Shown here: positions 9,116 through 17,972 of the stretch, piece after piece | Position numbering within the stretch: position 1 is the stretch's first letter | Layout of the letters: each line of letters opens with the position of its first letter | NCBI GenBank assembly: GCA_963705305.1 | Contig: OY970067.1 | Coordinates: 5,440,001-5,504,000, forward strand | DNA: 64,000 nt | Reading direction: 5' to 3' | Source of the DNA: an uncultured Methylomirabilota bacterium | Lineage (GTDB): Bacteria; Methylomirabilota; Methylomirabilia; Methylomirabilales; 2-02-FULL-66-22 | The notes under the pieces: generated by a model | Database searches by the model: none | Seen by the model: the letters and a program-made list of their open reading frames with translations, nothing else | What the model was told of the DNA's origin: nothing | Translations under genes and position numbers: made by a program

Positions 9116-10249
9116 ATGGATACCTTGTTTTCCGAACCGCAATCACCGGCCAAAGGCATCGAGCGTCTGGCGCGCGAGGCGGACCCGCTGCTCTCCAAGC
9201 GCGCCGCCACGTATCTCGGCCTGGAGGTCCGATCGGTCCTCAATCGCTGCTCCAGCGACCGCATGCCCTTCGCCTGGACCATCAATCCCTATCGGGGATG
9301 CGAGTACGGCTGCCGGTACTGCTATGCCCGCTACACCCACGAGTTCATGGGCCTCACGCAGTGGCAGGAGTTCGAGGAAAAGATTTACGTCAAGCGGGAT
9401 GCGGCCCGGATCCTGGCGCGCGAGCTGTCCCCCCGGCGCCTGGCCGGCCAGCGCATCGCCCTGGGGACCGCCACCGATCCCTACCAGCCGGCAGAGCGGC
9501 GCTACCGCGTGACGCGCAGCCTGCTGGAGGTCATGGCGCGGGCCCGCGACCTTCGCCTCTCCATCACCACCAAGAGCGATCTCGTCGTGCGCGACCTGGA
9601 CCTCCTCCGGCGGATCGCCGAACAGAGCAGCCTGCATGTCCACTTCACCGTCACCGCCCTCGACCGCCGCCTGGCGCGGATCCTGGAATTCCGCGCCCCC
9701 ACGCCGGACCTGCGCCTCAACGCCCTGCGGCGGCTGCGCGCGGCGGGAATCGCCGCCGGCGTCACCATCTCCCCGATCCTCCCGGACATCACCGACAGCC
9801 GGGCCAGCCTGGAGGCCGTCGTCGTCGTCGCCAAGGCGCACGACGCCAGCCACGTCTCCGCCAGCGTCCTGTTCCTCAAGCCGGCCGCCCAGCAGGCCTT
9901 CTTCCCGTTCCTGGCGCGTCACTTCCCCCATCTCGCCGCTCGGTACAGGGCCCGCTTCACCCGCTCGGCCTTCCTGGACCGGGGGTACAAGGACCGCATC
10001 TCACGGCTCGTGGCAGAGCTGAAGGCGAAGCACGGCTTCTCCGAGGCCAGCCACGACGAGCCCCCCACCGCCCTGCACGAGCCCGAGCCGGAACAGCTCT
10101 CCCTGCTCCAGACCGAATCCCCCGCAGGGAGAATCCTGCCCGTCGGCGCCCCTCCCGTGCGGCATCCACGGCCGGATGCCCAGACACGGCCGCAACTCTG
10201 TCCGCCCCCAATCAGAAGAGCCCGCCCCGGCAAAGAGGCCTGTCAATGA
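9116..10249 (+). CDS. Spore-photoproduct-lyase-like radical SAM protein (Rv2578c/PA0069 family)
   Basis: INPYRGCEYGCRYCYAR CxxxCxxC, GTATDPYQPAE, ITTKS, acidic QLSL tail. Confidence 0.9.
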   Translation: MDTLFSEPQSPAKGIERLAREADPLLSKRAATYLGLEVRSVLNRCSSDRMPFAWTINPYRGCEYGCRYCYARYTHEFMGLTQWQEFEEKIYVKRDAARILARELSPRRLAGQRIALGTATDPYQPAERRYRVTRSLLEVMARARDLRLSITTKSDLVVRDLDLLRRIAEQSSLHVHFTVTALDRRLARILEFRAPTPDLRLNALRRLRAAGIAAGVTISPILPDITDSRASLEAVVVVAKAHDASHVSASVLFLKPAAQQAFFPFLARHFPHLAARYRARFTRSAFLDRGYKDRISRLVAELKAKHGFSEASHDEPPTALHEPEPEQLSLLQTESPAGRILPVGAPPVRHPRPDAQTRPQLCPPPIRRARPGKEACQ

Positions 10250-10270
10250 CCACTGTATCGATCGGAACGC

Positions 10271-10323
10271 TTGACAGGGAACCTCCAAGAGCGTAGCCTA
10301 GAAACCATAATGGTTCCATAATG
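10271..10323 (+). promoter_or_regulatory. Toxin-antitoxin promoter with probable autoregulatory operator
   Basis: TTGACA-17 nt-TAGCCT followed by palindrome AACCATAATGGTT and a repeated CCATAATG. Confidence 0.6.
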
Positions 10324-10346
10324 ATACCAGAGAGCGAGGTCCGGAT

Positions 10347-10589
10347 ATGCCGACGATCACACTCAAGAATATCCCCGACAAATTGTACGAACGGCTGAAA
10401 CAGAGCGCCGCCGAGCACCGACGCAGCCTCAACAGCGAGATGATCGTCCGGCTCGAGCAGGCGGTTCTGAGTGCGCGGATCGAGCCTGACGCGTATCTCG
10501 CCAGGGTTGATGCGCGACGCAGGCAGTTGGCCCTTCCCCCGCTGACCGAGCGACGTTTGAAGACGATCAAGACCGCGGGGCGGCCATGA
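10347..10589 (+). CDS. FitA/Arc-like ribbon-helix-helix antitoxin
   Basis: MPTITLKNIPDKLYERLKQSAAEHRRSLNSE; overlaps the toxin start (ATGA). Confidence 0.85.
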   Translation: MPTITLKNIPDKLYERLKQSAAEHRRSLNSEMIVRLEQAVLSARIEPDAYLARVDARRRQLALPPLTERRLKTIKTAGRP

Positions 10590-10993
10590 TCGTCGCTGAC
10601 ACCAACATGGTGGCCTACCTTCTCTTGGGAGGGGAAAAGACCCAAGGCGCGCGTTTGGCCTTCCGCAAGGATCCGGCATGGGCTGCCCCCCTTCTCTGGC
10701 GGAGTGAATTCCGTAACGTCCTGGCGACGTACCTGCGTCGCGGGAGGCTAAGCCTTTCCGAGGCAATCGAGGTAATGGGGGATGCCGAGACACTCTTCCG
10801 TGGCGCCGAGTACAGCGTGGACTCCGACCAGGTGCTTAAGCTCGCCTCCGAATCGGGCTGCTCGGCCTACGACTGCGAATTCGTTGCCCTGGCCCAACAG
10901 CTCGACGTGCCCCTGCTCACCTCGGACGCAGAGATCTTGAAGGAGTTCCCGCAGACGGCAACCTCGCTAGAGGCCTTCAGTAAGACACGCTAG
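10586..10993 (+). CDS. vapC: VapC-family PIN domain toxin
   Basis: MIVADTN, SAYDCEFVALA, LLTSD acidic PIN residues. Confidence 0.9.
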   Translation: MIVADTNMVAYLLLGGEKTQGARLAFRKDPAWAAPLLWRSEFRNVLATYLRRGRLSLSEAIEVMGDAETLFRGAEYSVDSDQVLKLASESGCSAYDCEFVALAQQLDVPLLTSDAEILKEFPQTATSLEAFSKTR

Positions 10994-11281
10994 GAGGCTT
11001 TTCGTCGCACCCGCCCTGTCGCGCCCACCCCTGACACTGCCGCCGGGTTGAGAGTAGCGTTGGGCGACTTCGGCGCTCGTCCGGTCCGTCCAGGGGAAGG
11101 CAGTCGGATGAGAGTATTTGAAACGACGGCGCACGTCGCACAGTCCGCGGTCACCCTTGCGCGAGGGGATCCCCTCCACTCCGCGGTCCCGCACTCTTTC
11201 GCACGCCCTTCCCCATCGGGACTTCGAGCAACCCCTACGACTCCCGCCCCTCCCCCTGCGCCCTTCGCTGGCTCATCACGA

Positions 11282-11476
11282 ACCACCTATCATACGTTCC
11301 GGCATTCAGGAGTTTATCCCGCATTATGCGCGACCACTCATGTGCTGGAAGCCGGGTATGACATTCGCACCGTGCAGGAACTGCTCGGACATCAGGATGT
11401 GCGAACCACCATGATCTACACCCATGTCCTGAATCGCGGAGGCAGGGGCGTTCGCAGTCCGGCTGACACGCTGTGA
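11282..11476 (+). pseudogene. intI: Integron integrase C-terminal remnant
   Basis: HTFRHS...[44 protein letters not shown], the IntI C-terminal signature; N-terminal part absent. Confidence 0.85.
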
Positions 11477-11499
11477 TGACGCCGATTGGTGTATGTCTT

Positions 11500-11664
11500 A
11501 TGCCGATCCGTATAGAATGCCATGGTAAAACGGCCCCAACCGAGGGACAGGTTGAAGAATTCACACCTTGGGTGCGATCGCGTTCGCGTATGAACCCGCG
11601 TGTTATCCTGACAGGGATTCAGGGGTTTCGTCCTTACGCGGACCCATATACTCAATAGTTAGGC
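11500..11664 (+). other. Putative attI region downstream of intI, ending in core site GTTAGGC (11658-11664)
   Basis: GTTRRRY core 24 nt before the first cassette ORF; no matching RYYYAAC hairpin. Confidence 0.5.
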
Positions 11665-11687
11665 CACAGCGAGTACTTTCCGATTTT

Positions 11688-11930
11688 ATGAAGCCTGGCA
11701 TTGTCGAAGATGGAGAGTCGAGATTACGGAGCAGCCCGGAGTTTCAGGCGCGCTTGCGTGAGTTGCGAGATTCCATTCGAGCGCGTCACGCGGCGGAGTT
11801 GGCAGCGGCAGGATTTTTTCAGCGTTTGGTTTTGCGCTGGCGGATTGCAGCCGAGTATCGGCGAGAACGCCGGAAGATTGTCCCGTCACCGCATTCACTT
11901 TACAACAGTCATATTTCGGAGCGAGTTTGA
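11688..11930 (+). CDS. Hypothetical protein, first integron cassette
   Basis: 80-aa ORF between GTTAGGC and an attC site. Confidence 0.6.
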   Translation: MKPGIVEDGESRLRSSPEFQARLRELRDSIRARHAAELAAAGFFQRLVLRWRIAAEYRRERRKIVPSPHSLYNSHISERV

Positions 11931-11945
11931 GATATGACGCCCAAG

Positions 11946-12038
11946 GTCTAACTCGCGGCTGGAGCGGGCCGGCGGCGGAGTGGCTCTTCTTGGGCGGACA
12001 GGCTCCGCCGCCCGCCGCTCAGCCGCAGGACGTTCGCT
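11946..12038 (+). other. attC site
   Basis: GTCTAAC...GTTCGCT; gcggctGgagcgg/ccgctcagccgc stem with one unpaired base; inner ggcggcggag/ctccgccgcc stem. Confidence 0.8.
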
Positions 12039-12115
12039 TAAAGTATGAACAGGGCGGTAACCGGAATCTCGCAGCCCGGCTCTGCCGGCGGCTGATTGCT
12101 GACGCTAGCCATCGC

Positions 12116-12541
12116 ATGCGCAGCCCGTGGCTCGATATTCCGTTGGCCGAGTACGAAGGGCACATGTCTTTGCCCGCCGTCGGGCAGGCAGAGATGCTTG
12201 CGGCCCAATTCGCCGAGTTGCTCGTCGAGTACTCTCCGCCATCCGTCGCCGTGATCGGGTGCGCCGGCGGCAACGGCTTTGATCGTATCTCCCCGGGAAG
12301 AACACGCCGCGTTGTCGGAGTCGACATCAACCCAGGCTACATTGAGGAAGCGTCACGCCGGTACGCGAGGAGCCTTCCGGGCTTGGAGCTTTACGTCGGC
12401 GACATTCAACAATCCGGTCTGTCCTGTGAGCCGGTCGATCTCATCTACGCCGCCCTGGTGTTCGAATACATCGAGCCGGAGCCGAGCTTTCAGGCCCTCA
12501 AGTCCCTTTGCAAACCGAACGTGGTTAAGGGACGCTGGTAA
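12116..12541 (+). pseudogene. 3'-truncated duplicate of the class I SAM methyltransferase at 15031
   Basis: 12109-12521 reads identical to 15024-15436, then breaks at the RAYT-element end. Confidence 0.85.
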
Positions 12542-13623
12542 GAAAATAAATATACACTTGGTGTATGTTGTGGTATAGAGAGACGTATGCCTAGATTGGC
12601 TCGTCTTGACGCGCCCGGTGCTTTGCACCACATCATAATCCGGGGGATAGATCGTCGGAAGATATTCCTGAGCGGGAAGGATTACGAAGACTTTCTGGAG
12701 CGTCTCGCAAGTCTTCTTCCGGAGACGAAAACTGCGTGCTATGCGTGGGCCTTATTACCGAACCACGCCCACCTTCTCCTTTGCTCGGGGGCGGTCCCAC
12801 TTGCCCGCCTGATGAGCAGGCTGCTTACCGGCTATGCGGTCGGTTTCAACCGCCGGTACAAGCGCCATGGGCATCTCTTCCAGAATCGGTACAAGTCGAT
12901 CATCTGTCAGGAAGATGTCTATCTGAGAGAATTGGTTCGCTATATTCACTTGAACCACCTCAGGGCCCGCATAGTCGCTGACGTTGCTGAACTGAATGGC
13001 TATTCCTATACCGGCCACAGCGCATTGATGGGGAGGGCGGACAGGCCGTGGCAGGACGCGGGGTACGTGCTTAAGTATTTTGGGGAAACGGTTCGAAGGG
13101 CGAGAAAGGCCTACCTTGCGCATCTCGAGGAAGGAATTGAGCAAGGGCGGCGAGAGGACTTGACGGGCGGTGGATTGATACGGAGTCTTGGGGGGTGGTC
13201 GGAGGCAAAGAAACTCGGAGGCAAGGGAAGAGATCACGTCATGAGCGACGAACGTATTCTGGGGGATACGGACTTTGTGGATTCAGTGCTTTCCCGGGCA
13301 GGAGAAGCATGTGAGCGGCGATATGAGCTGAAGCGACGTGGGTATGATTTGGAACGGATTGCCGGGAGGGTGGCGGAAATCTGTGGTATGGAAGAGAATG
13401 AGGTGTTTTCAAAGGGACGTCAGAAGGAAAAAGTGAGGGCCAGGAGCCTTCTCTGTTATTGGGCGGCCGGCGAGGCGGGGATATCGCTCAGGGCCTTGGC
13501 GAAACGATTGGGGATCAGCGCTCCAGGGGTTGGGTACGCGGTTGCAAGAGGAGAGGCCATGGTCCGGGAGAATCGCTTTGAGTTGATCCAGTGATTTAAT
13601 TACTTTCTTACGAGCGTCCCCTT
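12527..13623 (+). mobile_element. RAYT-like element 1 with imperfect terminal inverted repeats
   Basis: gggacgctggtaagaaaataaat versus reverse complement of aattactttcttacgagcgtccc; lower GC than surroundings. Confidence 0.7.
12587..13594 (+). CDS. REP-associated/IS200-like HUH tyrosine transposase with C-terminal HTH
   Basis: MPRLARLDAPGALHHIIIRGI, NHAHLLL (HUH), GHLFQNRYKS, LVRYIHLN. Confidence 0.9.
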   Translation: MPRLARLDAPGALHHIIIRGIDRRKIFLSGKDYEDFLERLASLLPETKTACYAWALLPNHAHLLLCSGAVPLARLMSRLLTGYAVGFNRRYKRHGHLFQNRYKSIICQEDVYLRELVRYIHLNHLRARIVADVAELNGYSYTGHSALMGRADRPWQDAGYVLKYFGETVRRARKAYLAHLEEGIEQGRREDLTGGGLIRSLGGWSEAKKLGGKGRDHVMSDERILGDTDFVDSVLSRAGEACERRYELKRRGYDLERIAGRVAEICGMEENEVFSKGRQKEKVRARSLLCYWAAGEAGISLRALAKRLGISAPGVGYAVARGEAMVRENRFELIQ

Positions 13624-13657
13624 TTTTCTACATCGAAAGGGAAAGCGAGGGAGAGTC

Positions 13658-13738
13658 ATGGCAAAAGGTAAGGGCGTCCAGAAGAGAGAGACCAGGAAGC
13701 CGAAGAAGGGCACGGCCAAGGGCAGCAAGAAGAAGTAG
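13658..13738 (+). CDS. 26-aa lysine-rich peptide
   Basis: MAKGKGVQKRETRKPKKGTAKGSKKK*, GGGAG RBS, attC follows. Confidence 0.55.
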   Translation: MAKGKGVQKRETRKPKKGTAKGSKKK

Positions 13739-13769
13739 GCCCAACTTGCTCCGATGGGCGGACGCCGTC

Positions 13770-13862
13770 GCCGAACTAGCGGTTGCACCGGAGTCGGCGC
13801 ACACAGATGCTCATTCCCCGTCCGGTGCCGTCGCGCCGGCCCGGTGAACCTTCTCGTTGGGC
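13770..13862 (+). other. attC site
   Basis: GCCGAAC...GTTGGGC; ggttGcaccgg/ccggtgaacc stem with unpaired base. Confidence 0.8.
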
Positions 13863-13918
13863 CCCGTCGTTGAGCTCCATCACCTATTTTCAGTTGAATC
13901 AGTTGGAGGGATTTTCTC

Positions 13919-14125
13919 ATGACTGAAACCATGCCCGACAACACCTGCCCAAAATGTGGGGGCGAGCTACACCAAACAGACAAGAACACATTCACGGGGG
14001 AAGTGTGGCGGGAGTACACCTGCCGCTCCTGTGGGCATGTTTTGGATGTCAATGAGGGCATAGCACTCTGGCAGGTTCTCCACAATTATGCAGAGAACGC
14101 AAAGCAGGAAAAAGATAAGAAATGA
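13919..14125 (+). CDS. Small zinc-ribbon protein (cassette)
   Basis: CPKCGG...CRSCGH; GGAGG RBS. Confidence 0.7.
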   Translation: MTETMPDNTCPKCGGELHQTDKNTFTGEVWREYTCRSCGHVLDVNEGIALWQVLHNYAENAKQEKDKK

Positions 14126-14556
14126 GAACGTCTCCGCCTCACCCTTCGTTCAACTCGGACTCAACAGCCACGGACAGATCTCGCCTTCGCACATCCTACC
14201 CGAGCGAGCATGGACTCGTTTTGTTCCCGGATGCCTCAATCAAGACCAGGTCGATACCTTGGTGCTTTCCGGCAACCAACGGATTTGGGGTCATTGCCTA
14301 CAACGTAAACATACCCATCACCGATCCGGGCACCCTCTCACTGGCGCCGTCCGACATCAGGCCGGCCACACAGTTTGCCGCCGTGAGCATCGATGGGACG
14401 TGCGCGGGCAACAATACGGGCAAGACGTTTCTCCGCCTCGGATATGGCACACAGTGGTCAATGGCCGTCGAGCCCGGCAACTACTGTCTTACCCTGGGTA
14501 AGGCGGCGAATCATGCGGAGGGTGTGTGGTTTACCCTGACCGCGACCCGACCGTGA
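14122..14556 (+). CDS. Hypothetical protein
   Basis: 144-aa ORF before an attC-like site; no motif recognised. Confidence 0.35.
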   Translation: MRTSPPHPSFNSDSTATDRSRLRTSYPSEHGLVLFPDASIKTRSIPWCFPATNGFGVIAYNVNIPITDPGTLSLAPSDIRPATQFAAVSIDGTCAGNNTGKTFLRLGYGTQWSMAVEPGNYCLTLGKAANHAEGVWFTLTATRP

Positions 14557-14578
14557 TCTGTGGATCTGGGACGCAGGC

Positions 14579-14663
14579 GCCCAACGAGGCGTTTCATCCG
14601 GCATCTCTGCCGACGCCGCTTTCCCCCTCCGGGGGAGCCACGGGTGAACTTGTGCATCATGGC
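14579..14663 (+). other. Degenerate attC site
   Basis: GCCCAAC, gttTcatccg/cgggtgaac stem; R' core mutated. Confidence 0.5.
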
Positions 14664-14679
14664 ATCAAGGGGACATCCC

Positions 14680-15018
14680 GTGCAGTACCTGCTGATCATC
14701 TGCCACGATGACGCCTTCACTCCGACGGAGACTCTGGTGAAGGAGATCCGCGACTGGATCACGACCATGGGAGGGCGGGGAATCTGGGTGTACGGTAACC
14801 CGCTGCGACCGCCCGGCGATGCCACGACCGTGCGAGTGCGCGAAGGCAAGCTGGTGCTCACTCCTGGGCCATTCACCGAGTCCAGAGAACACATGTGCGC
14901 GTACGAGCTGATAGAATGCGCAAGCCCCGAAGAGGCCATTGAGGTGGCGTCCCGGCATCCTATGGCAAAGGCGGCCACGATCGAGGTGCGGCCGATTTGG
15001 CGAGAATTGGCCGGCTGA
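14680..15018 (+). CDS. YciI/DGPF-family protein
   Basis: GTG start MQYLLII; ATTVRVREGKLVLTPGPFTESRE...IEVRPIW. Confidence 0.85.
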   Translation: MQYLLIICHDDAFTPTETLVKEIRDWITTMGGRGIWVYGNPLRPPGDATTVRVREGKLVLTPGPFTESREHMCAYELIECASPEEAIEVASRHPMAKAATIEVRPIWRELAG

Positions 15019-15030
15019 GGGACCCATCGC

Positions 15031-15705
15031 ATGCGCAGCCCGTGGCTCGATATTCCGTTGGCCGAGTACGAAGGGCACATGTCTTTGCCCGCCGTCGGGC
15101 AGGCAGAGATGCTTGCGGCCCAATTCGCCGAGTTGCTCGTCGAGTACTCTCCGCCATCCGTCGCCGTGATCGGGTGCGCCGGCGGCAACGGCTTTGATCG
15201 TATCTCCCCGGGAAGAACACGCCGCGTTGTCGGAGTCGACATCAACCCAGGCTACATTGAGGAAGCGTCACGCCGGTACGCGAGGAGCCTTCCGGGCTTG
15301 GAGCTTTACGTCGGCGACATTCAACAATCCGGTCTGTCCTGTGAGCCGGTCGATCTCATCTACGCCGCCCTGGTGTTCGAATACATCGAGCCGGAGCCGA
15401 GCTTTCAGGCCCTCAAGTCCCTTTGCAAACCGAACGGAATTCTGGCCACCGTGCTTCAGTTGCCCTCCCAATCAGTCGCGGCGGTGTCGCCTTCACCTTT
15501 CACCAGCCTTCAGGCGCTCGGTCCGGTCATGCGCCTCATATCGCCAGGCACCCTAAACGCCCAGGCGGAGCAGGCTGGGTTTGTGCTATTGTCATCCCGC
15601 CAGGTTGCCTTGCCTTCGCACAAGGAGTTCGCGGTGCAGGTGTTCCAGCTACCAACGGCGAACCCTTCGCCCCACGGGACGTTCCGACAAGCGGCGCGTC
15701 CCTGA
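15031..15705 (+). CDS. Class I SAM-dependent methyltransferase
   Basis: SVAVIGCAGGNG motif I, GVDINPGY, DLIYAALVFEY. Confidence 0.85.
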   Translation: MRSPWLDIPLAEYEGHMSLPAVGQAEMLAAQFAELLVEYSPPSVAVIGCAGGNGFDRISPGRTRRVVGVDINPGYIEEASRRYARSLPGLELYVGDIQQSGLSCEPVDLIYAALVFEYIEPEPSFQALKSLCKPNGILATVLQLPSQSVAAVSPSPFTSLQALGPVMRLISPGTLNAQAEQAGFVLLSSRQVALPSHKEFAVQVFQLPTANPSPHGTFRQAARP

Positions 15706-15720
15706 ACCTGGACGTTGGGC
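15657..15720 (+). other. attC site (partly degenerate)
   Basis: GGCGAAC...GTTGGGC; caCgggacg/cgtccctg stem. Confidence 0.6.
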
Positions 15721-15810
15721 TCAGGGAGAAGGTCATATTTCGTGAGAGGCTTCGAAGCCTGAAGACCATTGCTCGCTCCACACCGCATGGGCGCTGACAA
15801 GGAGAAACAG

Positions 15811-17160
15811 ATGAGGCAAAAGAAGGGGAACGACGTCGCATCGCACTGCTTGACCCGACGGGAGGCCCTACGGCTCGGGGCCGCGGCGGGGGCGGCCATC
15901 GGACCGTTCGCCTCGACGCCGGCCCGCGCGCAAGCCTTCAACTGGCAGCGCTTCAAGGGCAAAGAGGTGTACCTGATCTTTCTCAAGCATCCGTGGGTGG
16001 ACGAGATCGTCCCGCATATCCCGGAATTCGAGTCGCTCACCGGCATCAAGGTGCAGTATGAGGTCCTGCCGGAAATCCAGGCCCGCCAGAAGCTCACGGT
16101 GGAGTTTCTCTCCGGCTCCGGGGGTATAGATGCATTCATCACCAGCCTGCATGTGGAGAAGCGCCGGTTCTGGAAGGTGGGTTGGTACGAGCCCCTGAAC
16201 AAGTACCTCGCGGACAAGACGCTCACTGCGCCCGATTATGACTGGGATGACTTCACGCCCACCGCCAAGGCGGCGGCCACGCAGCCCGACAAAACCGTGA
16301 GCGCGATTCCGACTTACGTGGACCCCGACATCCTGTTCTACCGGAAAGACATCTTCCAGCAGCAGGGTCTCAAGCCCCCCAAGACCCTGCAGGAGCTGGA
16401 GGCACTGGCGCAGAAGCTCCACAATCCGCCGACCATGTACGGTTTTGTCTCACGGGGGCTCAAGAATGCCAACGCCTCCCCGTGGGCGTACGTGGTGTTT
16501 GCCTTCGGCGGCGAGTACCTCACCCCCGACCGGAAGTCCGCCATCAACTCGCCGGCCTGGGTGAAGGGCCTCGAATGGTATTCGGGGATGCTCCGCCGCT
16601 TCGCCCCGCCCGGCGTCGTGAACTTCAACTGGTACGAATGCAGCTCCGCCTTCATGCAGGGCCAGGTCGCCCTATACTACGACGGGGTGAACTTCGCGAC
16701 CCAGTTCGAGGACAAGGAGAAATCCAAGGTGGCGGGAAAGGTCGGCTACACCCTGCTGCCGGCGGGCCCGGGCGGTCTCCACACCTGCATGTTCACCACG
16801 GGCTTGTCCATCAGCGCCCAGAGCAGGAACAAGGAGGCGGCCTGGCTCTTCATCCAGTGGGCCACCACGAAGCAGAACTGTGTCCGCGAGCTGGTGGCAG
16901 GCGTCGGCGGCGGCCGCGGCTCCATCTGGAACAATCCCGAGGTCAAGGCCAGGCCGCGGATGCCGGCCGACTGGTACACGGCCTTCCAGGAAAGCCTGAA
17001 GATCGGGCGGAACGGCCTGCCCGAGATCGTGGACGTCACGCAGTACCGGGACATCATCGGGCTGGCCATCCAGAAGGCGATCGAGGGGACCAAACCGGCG
17101 GACGCCATCGCCCAGGCACACAAAGAGTTTCAGGAAATGCTGGACAAGACCGAGACGTAG
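15811..17160 (+). CDS. Sugar ABC transporter substrate-binding protein with Tat signal (no permease alongside)
   Basis: LTRREAL Tat motif; LFYRKDIF, PPKTLQEL, NKEAAWLFIQW. Confidence 0.9.
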   Translation: MRQKKGNDVASHCLTRREALRLGAAAGAAIGPFASTPARAQAFNWQRFKGKEVYLIFLKHPWVDEIVPHIPEFESLTGIKVQYEVLPEIQARQKLTVEFLSGSGGIDAFITSLHVEKRRFWKVGWYEPLNKYLADKTLTAPDYDWDDFTPTAKAAATQPDKTVSAIPTYVDPDILFYRKDIFQQQGLKPPKTLQELEALAQKLHNPPTMYGFVSRGLKNANASPWAYVVFAFGGEYLTPDRKSAINSPAWVKGLEWYSGMLRRFAPPGVVNFNWYECSSAFMQGQVALYYDGVNFATQFEDKEKSKVAGKVGYTLLPAGPGGLHTCMFTTGLSISAQSRNKEAAWLFIQWATTKQNCVRELVAGVGGGRGSIWNNPEVKARPRMPADWYTAFQESLKIGRNGLPEIVDVTQYRDIIGLAIQKAIEGTKPADAIAQAHKEFQEMLDKTET

Positions 17161-17299
17161 ATGCGTACCGCTCGGAACGCTGTGTAGTGGGCGACGAAGT
17201 CGTTGAACAGTGTAGTAATTGTGCCGGATCACTCAGCCGTGGGCATCCGGGCTATCGCGTGAACACCATCTACATCCGCCTGCGTTGGCGAAGGGTGTC

Positions 17300-17959
17300 A
17301 TGAACGCGTTTCAGCGTCTCGTGCGCGCTGCGGTCATCGGGGCCCTGCGGGATACGTCCCGGGCCCCGACGGCCGCGGCGCTCGCCACCGCGCTCGGGGC
17401 GACCGAGGGGGATGTCTCGGCGGCATTGCGGGCCCTGGCGGCCGGGCATCGCCTGGTCCTGACCCCGGGGACCGATACGGTGTGGATGGCGCATCCGTTC
17501 TCGGGCATCCGGACGGACTTCCGCGTGGAAATCGGCACTCGCCGCTGGTTCGCGAACTGCGTGTGGGATGGGCTGTCGATCCTGGCCCTGCTGGGTGACG
17601 GCACGCTCGACACGCACTCGCCGGCTACCGGGGACGCCATCCGCTTCGCGGCGGCCGCCGGCCGGGTCTCCGGCGAGGCGCTCGTCCATTTCCTGGTACC
17701 GGCCCGGCGCTTCTGGGACGACATTGGGTTCACCTGAGCCAACATCACCGCCTTCCGGTCGGAGGGCGAGCTGGATGCCTGGCTGCGGGCCGGAGGGTAC
17801 CAGAAGGGCGCGATCGTAACCCCGCAGGCCCTCTACGAGCTGGGAGCGGAATGGTACGCGACGCGGCTCGACGTGGACTGGGAGCCGGCGAGCGCGACCG
17901 AGGCCACGGCGCTATTCGGCCGCCACGGCCTGACGGGACCCTTCTGGACGCTCGCGTAG
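17300..17959 (+). CDS. Alkylmercury lyase (MerB-like) family selenoprotein; UGA at 17735-17737 read as Sec
   Basis: MAHPFS, ANCVWD; frame continues after TGA (FT*ANITAFRSE...WYATRL...GLTGPFW); hairpin 17749-17768. Confidence 0.8.
17749..17768 (+). promoter_or_regulatory. Bacterial SECIS-like hairpin
   Basis: CGCCUUCC-GGUC-GGAGGGCG, loop starts with G about 20 nt after the UGA. Confidence 0.75.
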
Positions 17960-17972
17960 GCAGGGTGCCACC

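Noticed and set aside
11048..11281. N-terminal part of a functional integrase
   Set aside because: Pro/Ser-rich sequence with no integrase similarity; only the last ~65 codons are IntI-like.
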